Below are positions 11,636-25,242 of a DNA stretch of 64,000 nt, piece by piece (the first letter of the stretch is position 1; every line of letters starts with the position of its first letter). The stretch covers positions 20,956,001 through 21,020,000 of the forward strand of contig CM106586.1 of NCBI GenBank assembly GCA_048013815.1, given 5' to 3'. A program made the position numbers and the translations under genes. The stretch is from Setoptus koraiensis (taxonomy: Eukaryota; Animalia; Arthropoda). A model generated the notes under the pieces. That model searched no databases and was not told the DNA's origin. It was given only the letters and a program-made list of their open reading frames with translations.

Positions 11636-14600
11636 GTGCCCGACAAGTATGCATATTATATCGCATATTAAATGTGTGTGTGTGTTTATGGAGATTTCGC
11701 CCGTGGCCGTCGTCGTCATCGCGGTCGTTGCGCTCGATTTATCTGACACAACAACAACGGACACACGGCGCGCCGAAGGGATATTATTAGGATTTGAGCG
11801 GCTGCGTCGACTAGTCGTCGTTGCATACATTAATTCAGCGTACGCACAGCGCGGGCCCCATATACCCGGTCGGCACAATATATTTCTAGTTGGCCGGTTG
11901 CAGCCGGCGGCCGGCGGCCGAGGGGCGGAAATGGCCTGGCTGCAAATTCATGACCATGGCGCAAGGGCCGGCTAAATTACCTGCCGGCAAAAAAGGGGCC
12001 GCTCAGCGGGATTGTTGGCGCGCGGAATAATCGCGATTCGCCATTCGCGATGATAATAGCACGAATGATACGAGCGACGGCACGCGAAAACAAGCCAACT
12101 GTCTGGCCGCCACTGTATCACTGGCCGTGTGGCGCGCCGGGCCCCCCTGGCTGTTACCGGCGCTGTAACAATTGCACCGCGAGCGCGTTACCTAATGGCC
12201 GGCCAAGTGTGTAATATGAGCACTGATTGTATCACGTGATATCACGTCGCAACATGGCTCTTGTCAGCGTCTGGATAGAGCACGGTTAGAGGGGCCCCGC
12301 ATTGCCGAGCAGGGGGCGCCCCCGCCCAGGCGAAATGCGCTGTCCAATCAGGCATGTGATGATACAACTCGCTCGTCATACAGGCCCGACAGGTAGATAA
12401 TAGATAATTTATGCATTACTGTGTGTAATGTTGCGTAGCTTGTTGTTTTTATTTGCTGTTGCGCCGTCACTGGCCGGCCCGTGCCGGCCGGCCCGGCAAA
12501 CAATCGCTGTCTTGGCGTTCGCTCGTGGCGCCCTTTGATGGGCGCCTGTTCGCTCATGCAAATTTCTGTAATTTGTTGCTCATCTTGCCATGTAAACACA
12601 CACAAACACGCGCAACGTGCACCCCAGAAACAACAAGCGAGCCAGCGTCACCGAAGCGGGCCCCATACGAGCCACCGAAGCGAGCCCGGTCGCAGTTCGG
12701 GCCGCTTCGGGCCGCAACTGCGACTAGGCAGCGGCGCTGGAACGAATTCAATTATTGTTTGCGCGCCGGCCCGCCGGGCCGGCCAGTGATATGGCGCCGG
12801 GCCAACATTGTTGCCGCGCCATATCAGCCCACAGTTATGTAATGGGGCCCATTATTGCACGTACGGCACGGGCAATTTTGCACAAAGGGCCCTCGCCGGC
12901 GATTGTTGCAGCTCACCGCGCGCTCATTACGCGCGCCATCCTTAATTTAAAAGTGGGCCCACATTAACGTGATCCAGTTGGCGGCCGCGCGGCATACAAA
13001 TGTGTCCAATTTAATTTGTGTCACACACAAACACTGTCCATTGGGCGCCCGTGCGGGCCCCAGCCGTCAATATCTACGCGCCGCTGGCTTGCGACTGCCA
13101 AGTCGCGGGCCGAGCGGGCGGCTTACGCCGGCCAGTCCAAAGCCGAGCGCTCAAATCAAAAGTCTAATGTGGCCAAAGTGCGGCCCAAAGTCGGCGCCCA
13201 ACGGTCCGACGGGCACCTATCACTTTGTGCAAAGTGTGGGCGCGACGCAAGCCGCAGTTTGCCTGCGAGAGAGAGAGAGAGCCCCAAACCGACAGATTTG
13301 TAGTTGTTTGTCGCCGGCCAGTGTGCCAACAACAAACAGCCACGGCCCGGGCCCCAAACGCCCGCCAGCACTGGACAAGATCAAGCGGATTAAGTTGAGT
13401 TTTGGCGGCGCCAGTGCGCTGTTTGTCACCTCATCTCGTGACCGGCGGCCCCTCGGCCGGCTTTTTGTCCACTTTGCCAGTGTCAATCGGGTCACTCATA
13501 TTGTGAGCCGCTGGCTGGCTTTGGGCCGGCTGGCTTTGGGCCGGCAACCGAACGCGGTGCCGGCGAGTGTCGCTTTTTTACAAATTACGACCCGCCGGAC
13601 TTTGCCAGATTTTGTCGGTTTGGCCCCATCTAAGTTCGTTTGTCAACTTTAATGGCTCACATCACCAGTGACTGGCCGGTCAGTCAATGTGCGATTGTAC
13701 AATTTGCTGCTGGCGCGGTTTAATGCGCTCCGCTAGCGACACATAAAGCGCCCACCGGCGCCGAGACACCATTGCAGCAAACTGACAGAAATTAAATCCG
13801 ACACGTGATTTAATGCCGTGCTGCGGTGTCTTAGGGGGCGCTTTAGTCAGTGGCCTGATTGGGGCGCCGTCGCGCCGGGCCGTATTATGTCTGGCAAGTG
13901 TCGCTGGTCATGAGCGTCTGATCATCCTCTGACGACTCTGACGAGTTGCAAGTTGCGACTCGCGGCGACTTGCGGCACGCGCATTCGAAATTAACATTTA
14001 GCGCGCAATTTGCACCCTCCAGCAATGCGATTGCTGCAGCGAGCAGCGAGAAGCGAGCAGCCAGAGAGCTCATTAACGACCAGAGGGGCCCGCGTTCTTT
14101 TGTGTGCCTGTCGGCCGGCCGAGTGTTTGCCGGCCCCACTGTGACATTATCTCCGCCTTGATGTGTGCGCCACTAGCGCAGCGCTAGTTATTGTTTGGCT
14201 GCGCCGGCTGTGTCGACTGTGCCGCTCATCGGGGCCCCTCTGTCGGGCGGACTCTGGCAAACTCGGGCGGACTCTGGCAGAACTGTGGCAACTTTAATTA
14301 TTGCCGCTTCTCGAGATTTCTTTCTCGTGCGCCGTTTGGGCCGTGCGGGCTCAGTGGCTCGTTTGTTTGTCGCCGCGGTGCTGTTGTCACTGTCATCGCG
14401 ATTCGCGACAGCGCGCCCAGGTGCTCGCCCCAATGCACTGTTCACCGGGGGCACAATGCTCGCCGAGCTCGCCACACAGTGAACCGCCGAGCTGGCGTAA
14501 ATTGTTTAATTCCGACCGCCAGCTCGGGCTTTCATTTGTTTGCAGCCACTTAGTTGGATGGTTTTTGTCGCAATTGTGCCCCCAACGAAACAGTATCGGG

Positions 14601-16935
14601 CCCCAAATCTTGGCCGTGCTGCTCGAGTTATCTGTGGGCCCCTTCTTTTGCCTCTGTGTGCGCGTTTTTTGTCGCTCACTTTGGATCACTTTGGATGAGG
14701 GGCCCTGCGCAGCCAGCACAACTGCTGGCAGAACAAAGTTTAGTTAGTGTGCAAAAACTAACCGTCTAACGGGGCCAACAGTGAATTTGCGAGCGCAAAA
14801 ACGGCGCTCTCAGGGGGCGCTCGGCGGCCGCTCGCATCTGGGGCCCGGGGCGACTCTTCTTTTCTCTATATGTTTTTGTTTCGCTGCTGCCGGCCATCGC
14901 CCGGCTGGCTGACTCGCTGGATGGCTGGCTCACGGGCCGGCTGGCTCACGAGCTGGCTGACTTACGGGCTGGCTGACTCACTCACTGGCTGGCTGGCGCG
15001 GCGACTCGCCGCGCGGGCTCGGCCAGCCAGCCAGCCAGCCCAATGACAATCCAGAACGGCATTCAAACAGAGAAAGCGTTTGGGGCCAATTCATGTCGTG
15101 TGCGTGTGTCGACCGAGTTTACCTAAAGTCATTAATCATTTGCATATAATACTCTGTTCACTTTTAGAAACAACTAGCCGGCGCGCGCTGGCGTCGCCCG
15201 ATTGGCGAGCCGATTCGCAGAGCGGCATCGACTCAAATCGGCTGGCTGTGGCTGTTGTTGGTCGGGGGCCCGCAATTGAGAGAAATTAAATGCCTGCCAC
15301 AGGCTGGCGCCAGCCAGCCACCAACGACAACATTAAGATAAAAGCAATAACGGCGACAGGCGGGCCAACCTGCCTCATGGGCACTCTGCCGGGCCCCAAT
15401 CGAGGCCGGCGCCGATTCGAATTCGCTGCCGAATCGAAGCCGCGGCCAAATCGAAGCCGCTGCTGGCTTCGTTTGAAAGTGGGGCGCGCAAAGCGGCTGG
15501 CGCACCAGTTTGGCGATTTGTGTGACGCTCGCAAAACTTGTGACTGATCGCTGCCGCTGCCAACCATCGTGGGGCGCGTCACATTGCGCCCTCCGATAGT
15601 TGTCACGCGTTTGAGGCTCAAACTTTGAGCCGTCGAAGGGCCCACGTTGCGCATTGTGATGATGCCGGCGGTTTTGTTCCGTTTGCACTTGTCGCACAGT
15701 TGTCGCTAGTTAAAGGTGAGCCGCACGCGCAGCCGGCCCGGCCCCACGAGCGCCCACGGCGCGAGATTAATGATGGCTGAACGCGGGCGCCCAAGACGCC
15801 TGCGAGCGCCCTAACGAGGGCCCCGCGCTGGCTCGACAAATCAATCTCGGCGGCGCCCGTGTCGCCTGTGCGGCTGTGCGACTGTGCGGCTGTGTGGCCC
15901 ACGGGCGTGTGCTCAGCGCTCGATTCCGGGGGCCCCTGCGCGGAGGCCGCTCATTGTGCACTTTGGCTGTGCGCGACGCACGCTGTATGCGTTAGTAACT
16001 TTAAGTGTGGCCGTTCGAAGGCGCTCGAGCCGAGCTCAATTCGATTTTTTACAATTGGGGCCAGCCCAACAGTGGGCAAGACGCGCAGTCGGCGGCGCAA
16101 AATGTCGCCAGTCACGGCTGTTGCAATTTATGACGCCCCCGCTCGACGGTGGGTCAGCACACCGGGCCGACAGCGCACAGCGTTAGTTGACGCACCGGGC
16201 CTGACACGTCGGGCCCGACAATGTCGAGGGGCGCCAGACAATGATTGAATAGGCGTGAAAATTGGGGCGTCTCTCGCCTTGTTGCGTCACGACACACGGG
16301 GGCGTCTCAGTGGGGGCTTGATTAGTTCAGTGAACTGCGTTGACGTGCCGGCAGTGAGGCGCGTCATTGTGCTCGGGCCAGCGCGAATCGGACTGAAACA
16401 AAATAAAACAAAATCAAATCAAACGCGACCGAATAAAATAAATTTATCCCCTTCGGCCGCTCGCTGTTGCCGGCTGGCCGTCGCCGCTGTCGGCGTTGCT
16501 GTTGTCGCCGTCGTCGGCGTTGTTGTTGTCGCTGTTGTTGTTGTCGCTGTCGTGACTGGGGCCGAGTATGTTAATCTGTGCGCGTTACGTTGGCGCCGAC
16601 AGACGCCAAAAGAGCAGCGAAAATCGACGAAACGACAACAACGCGCTCGTTCAATCTGATGCAAATCAATCATGTGCGTTCCGTCACGATGTCTGCCAGA
16701 CCGTGATGGGCGCCCCGTCAAACCTTTCGCGCGTCGCCCTTTAATCGCCAGCTCGATAGCCGGCTGGTCTGGTCGCCGGCTAGACCTTGCGCTGCGTGTA
16801 TCTTAACGTATATGCGTTATATACAGTTATGTAATAGGCGGCTGTAAATTTGACAGCGTGGCTGGCTGGCTTTTTGAGCAAACTTTTACGCCAAATTTGA
16901 GCCAATGCTGGCTGCGCGATGCGCCGATGCGCTGC

Positions 16936-16988
16936 TGACGTAACGTCAAGTAACGTTACGTAATGTTACGTAACGTTACTTGACGTAA
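16936..16988. promoter_or_regulatory. 21-bp perfect inverted repeat packed with bZIP-type sites, in plexin intron 1
   Basis: ACGTCAAGTAACGTTACGTAA-TG-TTACGTAACGTTACTTGACGT at 16943-16986. TTACGTAA at 16956 and 16966; TGACGTAA at 16936 and 16981. Confidence 0.5.
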
Positions 16989-18682
16989 CAGTGTTGGCAC
17001 GTTAATCGCTGTGCGCGCCGCACTTATTAATTTGCAATATCTGCCGCTCTATATCCACACACGATATACACACGATATACACACAATATCCGCACAATAT
17101 ACACACAATATACACAATGCATTGCGCAACAATGGTCGCCAGCGTAACCGTATCCAATTTGTGGCCAATGTGTTGCCTTACGCGGCCTTATTCGGCCTTA
17201 TGCTGTGCCAATGGGGCCGCTTAAATGGCAATTGCACTTTGCAATTGGACTCGCTCGCCACCATTACGCAATGCGTGCGTAATACGCATGGCATAGTGTT
17301 TAATATATAACAATATCAAGCGCTTGCCATGAGCCATATTGATCAGATTCATATCCTATGGCTGCGGCAATAAAACAACGACTGTTTGTTTGTTCTGACA
17401 ACAATTTTGTGATTTGTGTGTGGCAAGCGAACAGTTTGGCAAACACTGGACCGGAAGTTGTCAGGCGCGCCGCTTGCACTGTGCAAGTTGCGCAAGTTGT
17501 GATTCGGGCCAGCTCGACGACAAGCTTTGCTCATTTGAGGCCGCCAGTCGGCCGACTGAAGCGGCAGCGCGACTGAAGCGACAACGCGACTGAAACGACA
17601 ACGCGACTGAAACGACAACAAGTGCGCAGTAATTACGTAAGTGCAATTAGTCTCGCTCGCTCTCTATTAGCCGCGAGTTTGAATGACAATAATAATTGAT
17701 GTTGGCCTATTTTTGGTTCGACAGTCGACGCACACACACACGGCCGACATGAACATGTTACGCAACCATTAACCGGCGCCATAATATCACCCGCAACATA
17801 TAATACAAGATTCATTGTCTCGCTGATAGAGGCGCCACAGTGACAGTGTGGCACAACAACTGTGGCACAGTCGCCGAGGCACAAACTGCGCCGCAGTCAC
17901 TTGCGCAATGAGCACGAGGGGCCCGGCTTACATGACGGCGAGCGGATTGACGCTGTCGACAAACAAACAACGTAAGCCGTCGCTTGTAACAGCAAGCCGC
18001 CCGACATAACTGTAAATCAGGTTGCTCACACTCGACGAGTGCCCGCCGAAACAAACAAACAAACAGACTGACATGTCAGCGGGCGCAGTTGATCACTTCC
18101 TTTTCTATGGATCGTTCAATTAATGTGCGCCACTCAACGCTGCATGCAACGCTCGCCATTATCCGACAACACGATCATGTCACCATGTTCTGGTCTCGCC
18201 CGACCCGACCCGACGCCCGACCCGAAGCCCGACCCGACGCTCGCCCGGGACCGGGCCCCAAGGCAACCCTTCTGCGTGCTCGCACGTAAGCGCAAGTCGG
18301 CGCAAGTCGTCGCAAACCGGCCCATATCGGCGTACATTGGCGGGCCCCCATGCCCGCCATACACGAGCCATGCACGAGCTGTGCACGGGCTGTGCACGGG
18401 CTGTGCACGGGCTGTGCTCGAACTGTGCACGGGCCATATATGCAGTATAATCTTTTTAGACTGGCCAGCGACTGACAATTGGCCCGCGTGCGTGTGTGCG
18501 TCGCCGCCGGCAACTCCGACGGGATTATGCCCTATGCAGATATGCGTGTCAATCACTGTCTGGCGCACAGGCTCGTGGCACGTCAACTGGGCCGATGAAG
18601 AGATAATCTCCAGTTGATTAGTGCCCGGCGCTCGGGCGGCCGCCCTCAGCCGTTGCGCCGGTCGGCCGGCCCGCGGGCCCGC

Positions 18683-18749
18683 CAGCGACCGATTCAGCGA
18701 CCAATGCAGCGACCAGTGCAGCGACCAATGCAGCGACCAGTGCAGCGAC
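18683..18749. repeat. 12-bp tandem repeat, ~5.5 copies
   Basis: Unit CAGCGACCARTG. Confidence 0.85.
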
Positions 18750-19270
18750 GGGCCCATTCGGCGAGGCACGAGCGGAGGGCCAGCCAGCAATCGCGCAAGT
18801 CGGGCCGGCCGGCCGGGCGCGAACGGGCAGAAATAAACGGCGCAAAGGGCAGAAATAAACGACGCCAGCGCAAGATTTTATCTCGCTCGCCGGCCAAGAT
18901 ACAATCTGACGTTGCGTGCGTGTGTGCCGAACGACAGATACAACCGGCCCGGCAGACGCGACCAATACGACAGATATAACAGATACAACAAGAGCCAAAA
19001 GGCTATTATCTAATCTAATGAGCTCACTCGCCATCGACGCCGCTCTCGCTAACCAAATATCCCCTCTCTGCTCTATTTATGCGCCGATATCTAACTGCGA
19101 TATATCCAACTGTGCACACAATGGCACTGATGGCCACCATCAATGATGAATAATGGCGCCGTTGACCGACCGCTGGCAACATTGTGGCCAAACAAACAAA
19201 CAAACCAACGGCGACCAATGGCAACCAACGGCGACCAATGGCAACCAACGGCGACCAATGGCGACAACAG

Positions 19271-21221
19271 AAAGCGGGAAATATAGCCAATTTTTGTAAT
19301 GAGCCCATCAAGCTAAATGGTTCCGTTCCACTAATTACGTCGCCAGTGATTGTTTACGACAATGACCTAATAACGGCCATAACCTCAACTACGGCCACCA
19401 CCGCGCCCGTGGCCGCACCCACCAGCAACCCCGCCCATCAGCAGCAGCAGCACGCCGGCGGGCCGGCCCGAGCGGCTCAGCCGGACCGGACGCACCAGAT
19501 TCTGGTGGCGGGCACCCACGACGGACACATCAGGAAGATCGTGCTGACATCGGGCGAGCACAAGATGCGCCTACGCGGTCACGAGTTCGACTCTGTCCAA
19601 TTGGATCAGGAGCCCATTTTGGCCGATTTGGTTGTGGTGGCAAGCGGGGGCGCCGCCGCCAAGCAGCAAGCGGCTCCATCTGGCGCCGGCGGCGAGCAGT
19701 ACATTATCGCGGCCAGCGTTAACAAGTTGGCCAAGGTGCGACTCAATTCGTGCAAGCACTCGCCCCTGCAGCAGCAACCCGCAAGCGCCGCCAATCTGAC
19801 CGCCGCCGCCGGCAGCTCGCCGCCCCTCACCTGTGATCAGTGCGCCCAATTGCAGGACCCGTACTGCGGTTGGTGCTCACAATTAGCCGCGTGCACCGGC
19901 CGCCAGGAGTGCGCGCAACACCAGGAGCACCAGCAACAGCAGCAGCACCAGCCGCACCAACAGCAACGCACCGCCTGGCTGCCCTTCGACCAGATCCGGT
20001 GCGCCGACTACCGGCTGGTGAGCCAAAACTACGTGGCCCTGCAGCAGGACCAGCAGCTGACGCTGGACGTCAACATCAACAACCAAACGGGCGACGCGCA
20101 ACACTTTCCGCTGCCGCCGCTGTCGCTGCTGACCGCCACCCAGTTCACCTGTCACTACGATTACCCGCAGCAATTCCCGCAACCGCCGCAGCACCCGCAA
20201 CACCCGCAGCAGCAACAGCATCAACACCAGCAACAGCAGCAGGCCAGCTACACGGTGCGGGCGCACGCGGCGCGCCTCAACGCGCTCACCTCCACCGTCA
20301 CCATCGGGTGTCCGCTGCCGCCCGTCAGTCACCGGCCCGTGGGCAGGCCGCCAAGCGGTGCCGCGCACAACTATGACAGCGCCGACAGCGCAGTGGCGGA
20401 CAGTGTCAAGGTGAAACTGACGCTGCGCCACGTAGCGCCATACAACGGCAGCCTGGTGCGAGAGTTCAGATTTTACGACTGCTCGCAGCACTCCACCTGT
20501 CGGTCGTGCCTGCAGTCGGGCGCGCAAGTGTCGGGTTCCGGCGGCGGCGGCGGCGGCTGGACGTGCTGGTGGTGCCCGACGACGGGCCGCTGCACCCACA
20601 ATGTCACCAGCGCGCAATACGGCTGCCCGGCCGCGTTGCCCGCCGCTCAGCAGTGGCCCCTGAACCGGGCCCAGTCATTGAGCCAATGTCCGGCCGGCCA
20701 GCTGGACGGGCCGGCCGATTCGAGGCAGTCCGTGGCGCCGCTGGCGGCGCAGCAGCCGGCGCACGCGACCGCCAACCAGCGGCAAGCGGACCCGGCGAGC
20801 GCCTTGAGCAACCGCAACCAGAGTCACCAGCATCGCCAGCATCAGTTGCAGCAACAGATACAAGGGGCAAACAATCACAGTGTTGCGCAACAATTCAACA
20901 ACTACAACTACTACAACCAGTTGGCGGCCAACGCCGACCTGGCGCTCATTGCGCACATGATGCGCCGCACCCTGGTGATCAATCTCAAAAATAATCCGCT
21001 GCTGTTGCCCGCAACAGCCGGCAAACAGGCGCCCAACAACAACAAATTTGAATGTCTCGTGGAAATAGAGGGCGCCAAGGCGCGAATTGGGGCCAAATTG
21101 CTGGACAACCAACAGATCGTTTGCCAGGAGAACAGCTACACGTACGAGGACGAGGTGGCCACCATGCCGGCCAGCGTGTCGGTCATAATGAACGAGCACG
21201 CCACCATCGAGCGCACCGAGG
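19271..21221 (+). CDS. PlexB: Plexin-B-like exon 2 (end of Sema, PSI1, IPT1, PSI2, IPT2)
   Basis: Acceptor caacAG at 19269-70 joins CPKPG|KAGNIANFC in frame. PSI motifs CDQCAQLQDPYCGWCS and FYDCSQHSTCRSCL..CWWC. Phase-1 donor GTGAGT at 21222. Confidence 0.92.
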
Positions 21222-21344
21222 GTGAGTTTGACGCGGATAATTGCGCTAAATCTAATTCAAACGGCTAAATCTGATCTCATCCAATCTAACCGATATCCGT
21301 GCCCCATTTACCCATTTACCCAATTCTGTGCCAATTTTCGCCAG

Positions 21345-21520
21345 TGCTCCTGTACAAGTGTCAACTGTTTGGGGCCCAGCAGCGCAACAGGGCCGACTGC
21401 TCGCTGTGCGCCACCCTGGACAGGCGCTTCCAGTGCCAATGGTGCAACAATCAGTGCGCCCACGCCGACCAGTGCACCGAGCTGCCCTCGGTCAACTGTC
21501 CGCCGCCGCGGATCGACTCG
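21345..21520 (+). CDS. PlexB: Plexin-B-like exon 3 (PSI3)
   Basis: (V)LLYKCQLFG..DCSLCATLDRRFQCQWCNNQC..CPPPRIDS. Phase-1 acceptor cgccAG at 21343-44; phase-0 donor GTAAGT at 21521. Confidence 0.92.
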
Positions 21521-21829
21521 GTAAGTATCGCCCCAAACTTTACTGCTGCCCGAACAATCCAATTGTTCGGGTCGGCCCGGCCAGCCCGAACGATCGGTCG
21601 GCCCGAACAATTGGTCGGCCCGAACGGCGAATCCATCGGTCGGGTGCCGCTCGCCAGATATTAAATTGGCTCGGCGGGCGCTTTTTTAGCCGCTTCGGGC
21701 CGGCCGATCGTAAATGTCCAACGGGCAGCATCACTGCGGATATAAACATCATGTGACAGCAATACATTAGACAGAGGATCCATTTACAATTTGTTGCTGC
21801 CGCATAGGCCAGTCGCGGTGCTTCCTGTC

Positions 21830-21907
21830 CGCCGCCGCCGCCGTTGTCGTTGTCGTTGTTGCCGTTGTTGTTGTTGCCGTTGTTGTCGCTGTTGCTGTTG
21901 TTGTCGT

Positions 21908-21956
<49 letters not shown>

Positions 21957-21970
21957 GCTGCTGTCGCTGT
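21830..21970. repeat. Compound GTT/GCT/GTC trinucleotide microsatellite in plexin intron 3
   Basis: Direct reading. It produces spurious poly-Q/T/N/C ORFs in the track. Confidence 0.9.
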
Positions 21971-23656
21971 CCGGCACCGTGGGCATGATAAAATAATAAT
22001 AATAACAATAATGCAGCAACAATGCACATGTCACAGGCAGCGATAACGCGCCACGATGACGCAATGGCGGCCAATGCGCCCAAATAAACGCAGCAACGAG
22101 CTGATAAAGCCGGCAAAATGGCCAAATGCCGAAATGATAAAATGATCATAAAATCATGCAATCGATCCAATGGCAATGGAGCGGGCGGCCCGACAGTGAA
22201 AAGAGATATGAGCGGCCCTCATTGGATACTTATTGAGTTATCGTTACTCGCCCGGTTGGCGCGCCATGTTTGTCTTGGGAGGCACGGGCGCCAGTGGCTA
22301 CAAACGCCCATAATATCGTTGTTTATTATCATTGCGCCACATACCGAATGGGCCAAGTGCGCCTCATCGGCCCACACTATGGGCCCCATAGATGGCCCGG
22401 CCAGCGCACACTCTCATCGGGCGGGGGAGCCAGTTGGGGCGCGGGCGCCACTTGGGCCAGTCGCCGGGGGACGGCGGACGGCGCGCCAACAATCGCCAAT
22501 GGCAGCCAAAGTCAGAGCCAAACGGGGGCTGGCCCGCCGACAAAGATGCTATCATTGCTTGGGGCGCTGTGATGGGCCCCAAGCAGCCGGTGGCTGGGCA
22601 GCGAGAAGCGCGTGCCGGCCCGCAACTGGCGGCCCGAGTGACAGCGAAATCGGAGCGGTACGGGCTCTATGAGGGCGCAGTGGCGCAAGATGCGGCGGCC
22701 GGGCATAAAATAAACAACTATTATCGGCGCTGTGCGATAAATAGATTTTGAGGCGCCAACGTTAATGCGAGCGAATGTTAGCGCCAGAGCGTGCCAACAA
22801 GCGCCCATCGCGAGCACCAATCTGATGTGAACGCTCGCCGGCCGCCGACTGGTTTGCGGCGGATATAAACATTGGCTTATTATCGGTTGTCGGTTATCGG
22901 TTGTCGGGCGCGTTTGGCGTCGCGACCGACGACAGTCGTTGTCGTCGGCGGGCGCAAATTTGAAACATCCGCCGGCCCGTCTTGCGCCCGTCCGCTCCAA
23001 TCTGCAATTTACAATTTTGTCCGGCGTCGGCCGGCCGGCCCGACCGGCGGCCCGCGCCTATACACGGGCGGCCATTTATGTGTGCGGCCATTCCCGTGAG
23101 CGGCCATTTATGTATGTGCGTGGCCAGCAATACATAACTAGCCTAATGGTATCAGCGCATTAGGTATTAGTGCGGCCGTCGGGCTGACCTAACAAGACAT
23201 GACAATGATGATGTCGATTATGATGAAAAAGACAATTTATCACTTTGTTATTATTATTATTATTATTATATATACAAGCCAGCACTGGCAATATACAGCC
23301 ACAGCGACCAATATAGCACCGCCAACATATAATGGCGCCAGTGGTCAGCTGTGCGGCGTATTATAATGCGCACTGTTGGGGCCAGTGGGGCCCGTGGGCT
23401 GCTTGAGCGAGTGGCGCAGTTATAACGTGTGTTATGCAATGATAAATTGCGCAACCACGCCAAGTGGCCCAGTGGCACATTATGCACAATTCAAGTTTGG
23501 TGCCACTGCACGGTGGCGACCAGCGATGGCGCAGCATGTAATGTATGTGGTTGTTGTTGCGTATTTGTTGTCGCGCGTTTGTCGGGGGCGTCCGGCGCTG
23601 ATGCGGCCACGCCAGCCATGACGCGATGACCAGTGCAGTGGTCATCATGAATCATC

Positions 23657-23712
23657 CATGGACTCTATGGCATGGACTCTATGGCATAGACTCTATGCCA
23701 TAAACTCTATGG
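23657..23712. repeat. 14-bp tandem repeat, 4 copies
   Basis: Unit CATRRACTCTATGS. Confidence 0.85.
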
Positions 23713-25096
23713 CGTAGAGTGCACGAATGGGTGCCCGCGCCGCATCTATTTGTGCCGCATTTGTTTGTAAAGGCAAATTTGAAAGGAGGAGGCACAAAGA
23801 AGAGGCCAAATTGCGGCTATCAATTGATACGAACGGGCCAAATATGAGCGCGACTAACAAGCAAACAAACACGATTTGTTGTGCTTGCTCTTTTGTGTGT
23901 CCACAATGCCTTGCGACGGTCGGCCGGGGCCTCCGAGGCTCTGCGCGGGCTGCGAGCGCCTCCGAGGCTCTCCGAACGCCTCCGAGGGCCTCCGATGGTC
24001 TCGCCCCCTTTGACGTCCGACGTGCACGAGAGTCGCAATTGCACAATGGCGCCACTGCCGTTACGCAACCGCTCGCGTTGTGGCTGCTCGTGCACAAGCG
24101 GTTGCGTAACAGTGTGCAAACAGTACCTGGCCAAACTGGCGCCCACGCAAACAAGAGCCCGTCTCATTATTTGCTCTTGGCCCGGCCGCACACAGCACAC
24201 AGAGCGGGCCAGAGCAGGGCCCGCGGAGGCGAGCTCAAGACGGGCCCCCGATCCACTATATAAACGCCGTTGTAGTGCGTGCCAGTGCAGCTTCAGGTGA
24301 ATTTCGGCAAATCAGCGGTGCACTTTACGAGCCAGAACGAGCCAGAACGTGCCAGAACGTGCCAGTACGTGCCAGTACGCGCTGCACTTGTCGCTCGGCA
24401 CAATGGCCTAATGTTATTATATAACCACACCATTGTGCGATATTCAAATCATTATACAATGGCCAGCGAGTCAGTGGCACTTGTCTGCTCAATGGCGCCG
24501 TATAATGAGCAAGATTGGGGCCCCGATGGCCGCCAACGGGCGCCACTGGCCAGCGTGGCTGTCGCCTGATTGCTAATGAGCCTGCGAACATTAGCGCTGT
24601 CGAATGCAAATTACTCATCATGCATACTCAATAAAATTAGCGGCTCACAAACGAAATGAAGTGTCGGCGCCAATTGATTAAATTGATAGCCCGGCTCGCC
24701 GATAACAGGTGCGCATGCTAATGTGATTACCGTGTTGAGGCGCGGCCTCATCTGATTCCGCCCGCGCGCGCCGGCAACAATGCCCGCCCGGCAGCAATAC
24801 CCGCCCGGCAACAATGCCCGCGCCGCACTATGTCCACTGTATATCCGCACCATATCCACTGAATATCCATTGAATATCCACTGAATATCCGCACTTTATC
24901 CGCAACACGCAGCACGTACTAGCGATAAATACATGCGGCAGCTAGTACAAATTTGAGCCGAGCGGTGCGCCCATATCCGCGCCCATACACTCATACCCAC
25001 CATCCATACTTATATCCGCCAATATCCACGATGCACTAATATTTTCTAATACCAACAATGTCTCGCGCAACAAACTACAAACAATCCCCTCTTTAG

Positions 25097-25242
25097 ATTT
25101 ATCCCTTGTCTGGGCCCGTGGAAGGAGGAACCATTGTGATAATAGAGGGCTCCAATTTGGGCTCCAACGAGCGCGAGATACACGATAAGGTGGCCATCGG
25201 CGGCATCCCGTGCACGCTCGTCGATTACAGCGTCTCTGTCAG
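25097..25242 (+). CDS. PlexB: Plexin-B-like exon 4 (IPT3, N-part); absent from the ORF track
   Basis: IYPLSGPVEGGTIVIIEGSNLG..IGGIPC is a canonical plexin IPT start. Acceptor ctttAG at 25095-96; phase-2 donor GTAAGA at 25243. Confidence 0.92.

Noticed and set aside
7128-19146. Numerous 60-230 aa ORFs in plexin intron 1 as nested genes
   Set aside because: No recognisable domains, consistent splice structure or signal peptides. Explained by GC content and repeats.
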